Assembly: GCA_016939375.1 (NCBI GenBank)
Contig: JAFGHF010000072.1
Coordinates: 229-64,228 of the forward strand
Direction of reading: 5' to 3'
From: Candidatus Omnitrophota bacterium
GTDB taxonomy: Bacteria; Omnitrophota; Gorgyraeia; JAFGHF01
DNA: 64,000 nucleotides
In this document: positions 32,733-41,643 of the stretch, one piece after another
Position numbering within the stretch: position 1 is the first letter of the stretch
Layout: every line of letters starts with the position of its first letter
Made by a program: the position numbers and the translations under genes
The notes under the pieces: generated by a model
What the model was told of the DNA's origin: nothing
Seen by the model: the letters and a program-made list of their open reading frames with translations, nothing else
Database searches by the model: none

Positions 32733-33751
32733 TTCTTTACGGCATTTACAATTTTTTTTGCAGCTTCAAACACATCGTCTACTTCGATGGCTTGCATGCA
32801 CCTATTTTTGTCACAATCAAGCTCGTAACAAGGTGTCTGGCAGCCCACTTCTTTACGTATAACCACATAATCGCCCTGTCCGTAGGGGCCGGTAATTTGC
32901 GGATTAGTGGGGCCAAACAAGGCTATGGTCCTGGCCTTTTGGCTGACCGCAATATGCATCGGGCCGGAATCGTTAGAAACCACAATATTTGCCTTGGACA
33001 TCAAAGCCGCTAATTGGCCCAGACTGGTCTTGCCGCAAAGCATAACCGGCTCCCTGCGCATAAGCGAGGCTATGTCTTTGGCCAACCTTAGGTCGCTTTC
33101 AGCCCCGCTGATTATTACCTTGCACCCAAACTCCTCGATCAGCCTATCGGCCAAAAGGGCAAAATTTTCCTTAGGCCAACGCTTGAGTTCCCAATTGCCT
33201 CCAGGATTAATCACCACAAAAAAGTCGTTATCCGACAGACCGTGCTCTTCCAGCATTGCATCAAGTGCTCTTTTGTCTTTTTCGCTCACAAAAAACTCAT
33301 AATCCTTATTTTTCACCTTCATACCGCAAGACCTGGCGATATCAAGGAAATATTCTACTTTATGCATCTGTGTACTGGAAGGAATTATGCTCTTGGTAAG
33401 CAAGAACGCCCTTTTCTTTGTGAAATATCCTATTCTTTGGGGTATCCCCGCCAGATAACATAACAGGGTCCTTGTAAAGGAACGGTGCAGAAGAAAAACT
33501 AAATCAAAACCCTTCTTGCGTAATAACATTACCATTTTAAACTTGCCTAAAACACCTTTATGTCTTCCCTTTTCGTCATAGGTGATTATTTCATCTATGT
33601 GAGGATTGTTTTCTATGATGGGCCTGCATCTGGGCACTATAAACATAGCTATATGGCTTTGAGGGTGGTTCTCCCGCACTGCCCGGATAAAAGGAGTGGA
33701 AAAGAGCACATCACCTCTCCAGTTGACATTGACTATCAATATTCTCTTCAT
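32729..33751 (-). CDS. GT9-family lipopolysaccharide heptosyltransferase
   Basis: 340 aa. ILIVNVNWRGDVLFSTPFIRAVR GT9 signature. Confidence 0.75.
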   Translation of the reverse strand: MKRILIVNVNWRGDVLFSTPFIRAVRENHPQSHIAMFIVPRCRPIIENNPHIDEIITYDEKGRHKGVLGKFKMVMLLRKKGFDLVFLLHRSFTRTLLCYLAGIPQRIGYFTKKRAFLLTKSIIPSSTQMHKVEYFLDIARSCGMKVKNKDYEFFVSEKDKRALDAMLEEHGLSDNDFFVVINPGGNWELKRWPKENFALLADRLIEEFGCKVIISGAESDLRLAKDIASLMRREPVMLCGKTSLGQLAALMSKANIVVSNDSGPMHIAVSQKARTIALFGPTNPQITGPYGQGDYVVIRKEVGCQTPCYELDCDKNRCMQAIEVDDVFEAAKKIVNAVKK

Positions 33752-33755
33752 CTAG

Positions 33756-33814
33756 AGCTCTCAGCTCTCGGCTTTCAGCGTTCAGCTTACAGTTTTTTAG
33801 TTCTCAGTTCCCAG
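33756..33814 (+). repeat. Degenerate heptanucleotide tandem array (AGCTNTC), about 8 units, spanning the deacetylase-GT9 intergenic gap and the deacetylase 3' end
   Basis: AGCTCTC AGCTCTC GGCTTTC AGCGTTC AGCTTAC AGTTTTTT AGTTCTC AGTTCCC, seen directly. Confidence 0.55.
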
Positions 33815-34607
33815 ACTTCAACTCACTATGTGGATTTTTCACGCTTCGGAAAAGGTTATAGTATCCCGAAATCTTGGCCCAAAAAACAAAAATATTGGGG
33901 TCGCTATCAGTAATCTTGATACGTTTTAAAGCGTATAGGTCTTCATTCAGGTTATTTTTAATCAAACCGCGATTTGTAGAGCAGGCGGCCTTATAACCCG
34001 CTTGCTTGACTATGCCCTGGATTTCTTTCGTAAATCCCCCGATGGGATAGCAAAAGAAATCAACCGCCTTGCCTATATTTCTCTCCAGTTTTATTTTCGA
34101 AGAGCCAATCTCATGCTTTAAAACAGCCTCTGGTCTACCCGGTAAATATCCGCCCGACAAGGAATGACTGCCGATGGTAATAATGCCCGAGGAGACCATC
34201 TCGGCGATCTGAGAGTAGCTCAAATAACCTTCGCTGCCTATCACATCGACAATCACAAAGATAATCGCCGGTATATTATGTTTTTTGAGTATTGGGAAAG
34301 CGATTTTATAATTATCCTCGTATCCGTCATCAAAGGTTATCACCACGGTGTTGCGCGGCAGACAGCTGCCTTGTTTCTTCGCTTTCGCAAATTCATCTAA
34401 AGAAATAACGTTATATTTGTGCTTGGCTAAAAAGGCCATTTGTTTCTCAAAATTACTTGGCGATACACTTAGCGAAGAAACTTCTCCCCGCTTGTCTATT
34501 CGGTGATACATCAATATGGGCACAGTATATCTTGTAAAGGCATAGAAAGAAAAACCAGCCACGCAAACAACCAAGATTAAAACAAGCTTTGAGAATATAT
34601 TTTTCAT
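33804..34607 (-). CDS. Polysaccharide deacetylase (NodB homology domain), membrane-anchored
   Basis: 267 aa. N-terminal TM helix. TFDDGYEDNY NodB motif. Confidence 0.75.
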   Translation of the reverse strand: MKNIFSKLVLILVVCVAGFSFYAFTRYTVPILMYHRIDKRGEVSSLSVSPSNFEKQMAFLAKHKYNVISLDEFAKAKKQGSCLPRNTVVITFDDGYEDNYKIAFPILKKHNIPAIIFVIVDVIGSEGYLSYSQIAEMVSSGIITIGSHSLSGGYLPGRPEAVLKHEIGSSKIKLERNIGKAVDFFCYPIGGFTKEIQGIVKQAGYKAACSTNRGLIKNNLNEDLYALKRIKITDSDPNIFVFWAKISGYYNLFRSVKNPHSELKSGN

Positions 34608-35710
34608 TTTGCCACCATCCTTTCATATACTTGCTCGATACCATCGACCATTTGGCTCAAATTAAAACTTTCCTCAACCTGGTGTTTTCCCTGTTGGCCG
34701 AATCTTTTTGCCAGCTCTTTGTCTCTTATCAATTTCAAGACCGCATCTGCTATACCTTGCGGTTCTTGCGGCCGGACCAAAAAGCCGTTTATGCCGTCTT
34801 TGACTAAAGTATAGACGCCGCCCACATCACTGGCCACGATAGGTAGGCCCATTGCCTGGGCCTCTATGATCGCCAGGCCCAGCCCCTCCAGCAGTGAGGG
34901 AAAGACAAAGACATCCATGCAAGAAAGAGGAATCGAGGTGTCGAATGTAGATGGGCTAAAACTTACGCTGCTCTCAATGCCCAACTCTTTGACCTGCGCC
35001 AATAGCCGTTCCTTTTCCGGACCATCTCCTACCAATAGCAATCTTGCCTTGGGTTCTTGTTCCAAAATCAATTTCATTGCCGAAATAAGATAGCACTGGC
35101 CTTTTATAGACGAAAGCCTGGCTATTGTGCCGATGACCACAGCGCCACCATCAAGGCCGAAGTCTTTCTTAAATCGGCCTTTTTGCTCCTGGTCAACTTT
35201 TTCCCGAGAAAACCTCTCTATCTCTACTCCATTATGTACCACTGAAACGCATTCCTTTTTTACTTTTAAATCGTTTACCAGATGTTCCCTTACTGCCTCG
35301 CTTATGGCTATACAATGTCTTCCCCAACAGGGAAATGCCTTTCTAAACGCGCGAGGTTTAAAAAAACCGTGGCAGGTGGTCACATAGGGAACTTTTGTCT
35401 TCTGCGACAAGAGCTGTGCCAGGACTTGGGTCACCCGGGTATGGGCATGCAACATATCAATCTTGTTCTCCAATACAATTTTTGTCAGCCGTGACAACAC
35501 AGCCAGCAACTTGGGATTGACTTCTGATTTGGTCTTGACATTTATCTTTACATGTTCCACTGAGCACGATGCAAGAGAATCGGCCAATTCTCCACCCGAA
35601 GAAGCCACTAACACCCGATGGCCTTTGTTAGCCAATCCCTTGGCTAACAATAGGACATACATCCCGATACCGCCAAGATTAAGATGGGTCGTTAACAATA
35701 ATATTTTCAT
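34604..35710 (-). CDS. GT4-family glycosyltransferase (LPS core)
   Basis: 368 aa GT-B fold. EGLGLAIIEAQAMGLPIVASDVGG (E-x7-E) motif. Confidence 0.8.
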   Translation of the reverse strand: MKILLLTTHLNLGGIGMYVLLLAKGLANKGHRVLVASSGGELADSLASCSVEHVKINVKTKSEVNPKLLAVLSRLTKIVLENKIDMLHAHTRVTQVLAQLLSQKTKVPYVTTCHGFFKPRAFRKAFPCWGRHCIAISEAVREHLVNDLKVKKECVSVVHNGVEIERFSREKVDQEQKGRFKKDFGLDGGAVVIGTIARLSSIKGQCYLISAMKLILEQEPKARLLLVGDGPEKERLLAQVKELGIESSVSFSPSTFDTSIPLSCMDVFVFPSLLEGLGLAIIEAQAMGLPIVASDVGGVYTLVKDGINGFLVRPQEPQGIADAVLKLIRDKELAKRFGQQGKHQVEESFNLSQMVDGIEQVYERMVAK

Positions 35711-37845
35711 GCTCGTGACTTTATTTTTTTAACGTGCCGCTGCCCTTTTTTGTTTTTGCCGTCTAAAAGTTGATTAACTGCTTTCAATACATCTTCGGCA
35801 GAAATCCCTTTCATGCAAAGGTGCTTCTGGCATCGCCTTTTATAGCAGGGGCTACATTCAAGCTCTTTGTAAATTAGCCTTTGTTTTTGATTTTTTAAAG
35901 CGTGCTTCTTTGGATCTGTGGGGCCAAACAATGCTACTACGGGAGTCTTTACGGCATAGGCTATATGCAACGGGGCGCTATCACAGGTTATATATACATC
36001 ACAATGCTTTATCAGGCTGGCTAATTGCAAAATTGATGTCTCATTTACGGCATCGATTATATCGATATTTGCCGCGGCCTTTAACTCTTGGGCCAGGCCC
36101 TTATCCATCTTATCACCTGTAAGTAAGATCTGGATTTTTGCCGTGCTCAACCTGGTCAAGAATTCGAATAAGTTATCTTTTTCCCATTTTTTGCCTGGCC
36201 TATTGGCGCTCGCCCCCAGGTTTATGCCCACCAAATGTTTTCCGGGATCTCTATTGTTCTTGGTAAGAAAATCCTCTGCCCATGCTTGATCGTCTCTATT
36301 TATCCACAACTCCAGCTTTTCTTCAACAGACTCAATATTTAAAAGCTGCATCGTCCGGGCTTGATGCTCTATAGGCGAAATTGCCGTTTTTGTATCCTTT
36401 ATCTTTTTATTTAAAAGGAAGCTGAGCTTGCCGTTGTCATAACCGTAGCGGCTGGCGCAACCACTCAAGTACGCCAAAAGATGGCTTTTTCGGCTATTTT
36501 GCAGATCGATGACTATATCGTAGTATTGCTTGCGTAAGTTTGCGGAAAAACGCCAGACGTCTATATAATTGTTTTTTTTGGGAGCGAATTCCAAGATCTC
36601 GTCGACATAAGGACAATCGCGCAATATAGAGGCATAAGCCTTCCCTGCCAATACAGTAATAGTGGCCTTGGGGAAACGGTTACGCAAAGCCTTAAGCGTC
36701 GGCCCGATCAAGATCAAGTCTCCCAAGGCACTTAGTTTTATCACTAGGATCCTTAGGTCGGCAAGGGCCTTTTCATATACATGGATCGTCTTTTCCGCCA
36801 TCCGCCCAAGACTAAAGTTACGTTCTACTTTTTCACGGGCCGCCAAAGCGAATTTTTTTCTGGTCTGCGGTTCTCTATATAATTTTATTATTGCCTTGGC
36901 CAGCTCGCCGTGATCAGCCGGCGGCACTAAAATTCCATCGACACCGTCTTCAACGATGTCGACTATCCCTCCTACTTTGCTGGCAATAACCGGGACACCG
37001 CAGGCGCCGGCTTCAATAAGTACCCTGCCAAATGCCTCTTGTGTTATCGTGGGTAATACTAACAAGTCTATTGAAGATAGGAATTTGGGCACATCTCTTA
37101 CCTCGCCCACAAAATCCACATACGGCCCTATACTCAGCCTCCTGATCAAAATCTTTAGTTCTTCTCTATATTTTTCCTTGCCTGGAGAAGGCCCTCCGGC
37201 TATCAATACCTTGACCTTTGGCAATTCCCTGATTATCTTAGGCAAAGACTTTAATAAATAGACATGCCCTTTGATCGGCGTAAGTCTACTGACAATGCCG
37301 ATTGTGAAAACTTCCGACTTGGGTTTCTCGGGCACAGCATGCTTAAAAAACCTAAATTCTTCCAAGTCGACCCCCCTGGGGATAAAGCTAATCCGCTTCC
37401 CGGGTACAGCAAAATCCTTCTGCATGTGCTCGGCGATCACTTTACTCGAGACAATTATCGCTTTTCCCCACCCCATTACACGGCTGAAGAGATGTGTATT
37501 GTAATATCCATGGCAGGTAGTAATAAATGCTGTGCCTCTGCTGCGGGCAGCCAAGAACCCGATAATAGCAGGGACCCTGGAGCGGGCATGCACCACATCT
37601 ACCTTCTCATCATCTATGATCTTGGCCACTTTAGGGACGTTTTGCAATATTGAAAAAAGGCTTTTTTTATGCACGGGCAGCTGAAAATGCTTAACTTGCG
37701 CCTCCCGCAGGTCTTTTACTAAATTGCCTCCGTTGGAGACAACCAAAGCCTGATGATTGCGCTGGACTAGCTCTTTGGCCAAATCGACACAGCCCCTTTC
37801 CACGCCACCCATATTTAACTCAGGTAAAATCTGCAGTACTTTCAT
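35707..37845 (-). CDS. Bifunctional GT4 glycosyltransferase (N-terminal) fused to a GT9 heptosyltransferase (C-terminal)
   Basis: 712 aa. N half has EAFGRVLIEAGACGVPVIASKVGG. C half starts LRILVIKLSALGDLILIGPTLKALR, the GT9 signature. Confidence 0.75.
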   Translation of the reverse strand: MKVLQILPELNMGGVERGCVDLAKELVQRNHQALVVSNGGNLVKDLREAQVKHFQLPVHKKSLFSILQNVPKVAKIIDDEKVDVVHARSRVPAIIGFLAARSRGTAFITTCHGYYNTHLFSRVMGWGKAIIVSSKVIAEHMQKDFAVPGKRISFIPRGVDLEEFRFFKHAVPEKPKSEVFTIGIVSRLTPIKGHVYLLKSLPKIIRELPKVKVLIAGGPSPGKEKYREELKILIRRLSIGPYVDFVGEVRDVPKFLSSIDLLVLPTITQEAFGRVLIEAGACGVPVIASKVGGIVDIVEDGVDGILVPPADHGELAKAIIKLYREPQTRKKFALAAREKVERNFSLGRMAEKTIHVYEKALADLRILVIKLSALGDLILIGPTLKALRNRFPKATITVLAGKAYASILRDCPYVDEILEFAPKKNNYIDVWRFSANLRKQYYDIVIDLQNSRKSHLLAYLSGCASRYGYDNGKLSFLLNKKIKDTKTAISPIEHQARTMQLLNIESVEEKLELWINRDDQAWAEDFLTKNNRDPGKHLVGINLGASANRPGKKWEKDNLFEFLTRLSTAKIQILLTGDKMDKGLAQELKAAANIDIIDAVNETSILQLASLIKHCDVYITCDSAPLHIAYAVKTPVVALFGPTDPKKHALKNQKQRLIYKELECSPCYKRRCQKHLCMKGISAEDVLKAVNQLLDGKNKKGQRHVKKIKSRA

Positions 37846-39992
37846 AATATCTTCTCTAAAGCCTGAGAAAGTAAATCTCTGTCTTCGACTTTCTGCTTCG
37901 CGGGTCTATTCTTCCATATCCGTTCAATTTCCGAGTTTATATCTTCCGGCTGGACAATTTGTACCAGCCCCTTTTGTTGCAAGTTTTCCAAAAACCGCTC
38001 CTGCTTAGTCGTCTTTTTTACTTTTTTCTGCGGCATAAAAACCAATACATATTTTTCCGCGCTGATTGCCTCCGATACCATGGAAGTGCTCTCTCCGGAT
38101 ACCAAGACAATATCGCTTAATCCCAGAATCCCTCCCAAGGCCTCGGGATAATTTTTTTCGTTAGCTATGACCAGCAACTTGCAGCCGAAGTAATTTGCCA
38201 GATTGTCTTTAACGAGTTTCTCGATATCTTTTTTGGTCCTCCTTGATGTAGTTACCAAAATCTGAGCGTTTATATTTTGGGCCGAGATCTTTAACTGGGA
38301 AACAATTTTTTCTACTTCCTTGACGCCCATAGCATAGGTGGGCGTATCCCCCCCGATTAAAAAAGCCACATTTGGTCCGGCTATCGGAATTCTCGCATCC
38401 CCAAGGCTAAATCTCTTTTTTAGGCTCTCCACCTGCTCATCTACATATTGGCGATCGATCAAATTGGGGGTTATCAAAGTCGAAAAGACGTTTTTTCCGG
38501 GTTTTACCTTGTCATGTTCTGGCACAATGACCAAATCGAACTTTTTAAACCCGGGAATAGCCGGACGCATAAGATGGATCCTGCGAGAATTATTCCGATA
38601 TGAAAGGATTAGATTTACCGCGGATAAAGAAGACCCCGCGGATACAATTATATCTCCGCGAGTCTCGAGAAGCTCCCTGCAGCTTTTGCCGTTTAAGCAA
38701 AAACGCAAGCAACCCATGCAGTTTCTGCAGGCAGAGCCGGAAAAAAAGGAACATAACGTCAATAGCCAACGCAAGGGAAAGCTTTTATATGAAACATCTA
38801 CGATCTTTGTACGCACCTCTCCAAAACTTTTACCCTCTTTGGAAATTATGGATTCTATAATCCTTGCTATTGCCTTTGATTGATTGAGGTGGCCGGCTTT
38901 GCCATCGTTTAAGACCAAAATATTGTAATAATAGCTCTTCTTTGTGCCCTTTTGGACATAATTATAAAAGCTATCTTCTCCTTTTATAAACCTAAATGAG
39001 ACTCCCAGGGCTATTACCTTTAACCACACCCTTTGCGATTTTAAAAGCGGAAGGAGTTTGGGCACATCCTTTTCGGTTGTCAACAAAAGCTCAATTTTTT
39101 GCTGTAGGCATTTTTTTTCTATATCCTCTAGGTCTGCCCTTGTGTATAAATGGTGGTCGGGAAAAAAGAATGTCAGGCCAGGCGTAATCCCCATTCTCTC
39201 TAAAGTCTTTTCCAGGGACTGAGGGTTGCCAATACTTGCTAAAACGGCAATGCCTTGTTTTTTTATCCCGGAGAGCTCATGGTTTTGATTAGTCAAAATA
39301 TCGCGTAGGTAGCAAGGGCTATGCTCGGCTTCAAAAATAGGCGCTTGACAATTGTAGGTACGTAGCGTCTTTTTGAGGCCCTCTATATTCCCTCTTGCCG
39401 CATCCGCATGCGTTAAAACAAAAACATCTGCGCGGCTTAGTGAGGATAAAGGCTCCCTAAGCATGCCTCTGGGGATCAGCCTTTTATTGCCCAAACCGGA
39501 AATGCAGTCTATTAAGACAATGTCCAGGTCGCGCCCCAGGCGCCAATGTTGAAATCCGTCATCCAATATCAAGACATCTACGCCGTAATGTTTTTGCGCT
39601 TCCTGAGCACTCTTTAGTCTGTTTTTGCCGGTTATGACTGGGGCTTCCTTGAGTTTACTTCTGAGCATTTCTACTTCGTCTTGGCCATACCCGCGAATCA
39701 ACACACCCGGATTGCTGCCCTGGAGTTTGAAATATTCTGCCAAGGCCAACACCAATGGCGTTTTCCCGGTACCCCCCCAGGTAATATTGCCGACACTGAC
39801 CACACGGCACTTTTGTCTCTGACAGGGCAAGATTTTTAAACGGTATAACAACAAAGTCAATCTAACAAATATCGAGTAGATAAAAGAAAGTATCGACAGA
39901 AAAAAGGAAAAAAATGAAGACAATACCCCTTTTTCCTTGCCTTGCACAAGACTGATATAATATCTCCTTAGCGTTAGGCCTATTCTTCCCAC
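37842..39992 (-). CDS. lpxK: Tetraacyldisaccharide 4'-kinase LpxK fused to a C-terminal ELM1/DUF1022-like putative GT-B glycosyltransferase domain
   Basis: 716 aa. N half has VVSVGNITWGGTGKTP, the LpxK P-loop. C half has YNILVLNDGKAGHLNQSKAIA, resembling the DGxAGHxNQS signature of the Mito_fiss_Elm1/DUF1022 family. Confidence 0.75.
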   Translation of the reverse strand: MGRIGLTLRRYYISLVQGKEKGVLSSFFSFFLSILSFIYSIFVRLTLLLYRLKILPCQRQKCRVVSVGNITWGGTGKTPLVLALAEYFKLQGSNPGVLIRGYGQDEVEMLRSKLKEAPVITGKNRLKSAQEAQKHYGVDVLILDDGFQHWRLGRDLDIVLIDCISGLGNKRLIPRGMLREPLSSLSRADVFVLTHADAARGNIEGLKKTLRTYNCQAPIFEAEHSPCYLRDILTNQNHELSGIKKQGIAVLASIGNPQSLEKTLERMGITPGLTFFFPDHHLYTRADLEDIEKKCLQQKIELLLTTEKDVPKLLPLLKSQRVWLKVIALGVSFRFIKGEDSFYNYVQKGTKKSYYYNILVLNDGKAGHLNQSKAIARIIESIISKEGKSFGEVRTKIVDVSYKSFPLRWLLTLCSFFSGSACRNCMGCLRFCLNGKSCRELLETRGDIIVSAGSSLSAVNLILSYRNNSRRIHLMRPAIPGFKKFDLVIVPEHDKVKPGKNVFSTLITPNLIDRQYVDEQVESLKKRFSLGDARIPIAGPNVAFLIGGDTPTYAMGVKEVEKIVSQLKISAQNINAQILVTTSRRTKKDIEKLVKDNLANYFGCKLLVIANEKNYPEALGGILGLSDIVLVSGESTSMVSEAISAEKYVLVFMPQKKVKKTTKQERFLENLQQKGLVQIVQPEDINSEIERIWKNRPAKQKVEDRDLLSQALEKIL

Positions 39993-39994
39993 CG

Positions 39995-41161
39995 TTATAT
40001 CTCACCGGCCTTATAAAGGCTGAATTTAGTGCAAATCGGGCCCAATATTTCGTAAAACACGGTCGTAGCCACTATTGTGCTAAAAATGACATCGCCTAAT
40101 TCCGGGAATTCTGCCTTGGCTACTAAAGCTACGCCCAAAGCCACGCCTGCCTGGGGCATAAGCGCCAGGCCCATGAATTTTTTCATCCTTGTCGGTAAAC
40201 CGGCTATCACTCCGGCCAAATATGCTCCTAGTGCCTTTCCAATTGAGCGGAATAAAATGTAAAATAACCCCAGCAGGCCTAATGTCTTAAGCAGCGGCAC
40301 CTGCAGATTAGCTCCCGCTAATACAAAAAACAGAAGGTAGAGCGGTGAGTCGATATGCCGTAATGAATCAAAAAATTTAAAACTTACATCATGCATGTTT
40401 ACTAAGACCGCGGCAAGAAACATATTTGCCAATAACACCGAGAAGTTGAAATAAATAGAAATCCCTGTATTAAGGAAAATGAAACCTAGCGTGTAAATCA
40501 GCAGGTCCGATGGGGTATTGACAAAGCGGGAGAGGAAGGACAATATCAGCGCTAAGCTGCCTCCTAAAAGAAAGGCGAGCAGGATCTCCAGTATAGAGCG
40601 AGTTACCGCCTTGCACAGGAAAACGTTGCTGGGTTCATGAAAGGCGAAAGATTTGGCCACCGCAAAAGAGACGGCGAATATAATCAGACACCAAGCGTCG
40701 TCAATGGCCACCACACCCAGAAGCGTGTCGGTGAAAGAGCCCCGGGCCTTATACTCCTTGACTACCATCATGGTCGCCGCGGGTGCTGTTGCCGATGAGA
40801 TCGCTCCGAATAGCAAGGCTATAAAAAACGGCTGGGAGCCAAAAGTCACCAGTCCCACGGTTACCAAAATCCATGGGGTCAAGGCCGCCAATATTGAAAT
40901 CCAGATAATCGGGCTGCCGATTTTTTTAAACCTGCTTAGCGAAAAGTTCTGTCCGATACTAAAAGCGATAAGGCCTAAGACCATATTGGAGATCAGGCCG
41001 GAAGCGTTTATAATAGATTCGCTTACCAGATTGAAAGCCGAAGGACCTATGACCACGCCCAAAATCAGGTAAGCAGTGACTACCGGGGCCTTTAGTCGAC
41101 GGATTAGTTTTCCCGCAAAAAGGCCGGCTAGGAGAATAAAGCCCAAACTCAATATTGTCAC
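39995..41161 (-). CDS. Monovalent cation/H+ antiporter (CPA family Na+/H+ exchanger)
   Basis: 388 aa, about 11 TM helices. N-terminal LAGLFAGKLIRRLKAPVVTAYLILGVVIGP is typical of Na_H_Exchanger. Confidence 0.7.
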   Translation of the reverse strand: MTILSLGFILLAGLFAGKLIRRLKAPVVTAYLILGVVIGPSAFNLVSESIINASGLISNMVLGLIAFSIGQNFSLSRFKKIGSPIIWISILAALTPWILVTVGLVTFGSQPFFIALLFGAISSATAPAATMMVVKEYKARGSFTDTLLGVVAIDDAWCLIIFAVSFAVAKSFAFHEPSNVFLCKAVTRSILEILLAFLLGGSLALILSFLSRFVNTPSDLLIYTLGFIFLNTGISIYFNFSVLLANMFLAAVLVNMHDVSFKFFDSLRHIDSPLYLLFFVLAGANLQVPLLKTLGLLGLFYILFRSIGKALGAYLAGVIAGLPTRMKKFMGLALMPQAGVALGVALVAKAEFPELGDVIFSTIVATTVFYEILGPICTKFSLYKAGEI

Positions 41162-41643
41162 TGGATAACCCCTCTTTCACGGAAGACAGCCAAGATAATA
41201 TCAAAGACACTGATTATTCCTACAAGCTTGCCTTCCTCAACTACAGGAAGGTGGGATGTGCTGTGTAATTTCATTTGTGAGCGCGCCTGATTGATATCTT
41301 TTTCCGGGTCGATGGTGGCAAAATGTGTATTGACTATGTCATCGACCACAACCAAAATCCCTATTTCGCTGGATATATCCGTTGATAAGAAATCTTCTTC
41401 CCTGTTGTCCATCTCTAAAAAAGGGATGGTCCTGAGCATTTGAGCCAATTCAGTGCTATAGGGCTGGAAGACCTTTAGGACGTCCTCGAAATTTACTATG
41501 CCCACTAAAGAGCCGTCATTCTCGATTACGGGAAGGGTGTGAAAATTATACTTTTGAAAGGTTGCGATCAGCTGGCTTAAGGTGGTCGAGCGTTTTACCG
41601 CCACCACTTTTTTGGTCATGCAATCTCTCACCTTCATTAACAA
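41158..41643 (-). CDS. CBS-domain pair protein. Start probably the internal MTKK.
   Basis: 161 aa with two CBS motifs. Overlaps the waaA 3' end in the ORF track. Confidence 0.7.
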   Translation of the reverse strand: MLMKVRDCMTKKVVAVKRSTTLSQLIATFQKYNFHTLPVIENDGSLVGIVNFEDVLKVFQPYSTELAQMLRTIPFLEMDNREEDFLSTDISSEIGILVVVDDIVNTHFATIDPEKDINQARSQMKLHSTSHLPVVEEGKLVGIISVFDIILAVFRERGVIQ

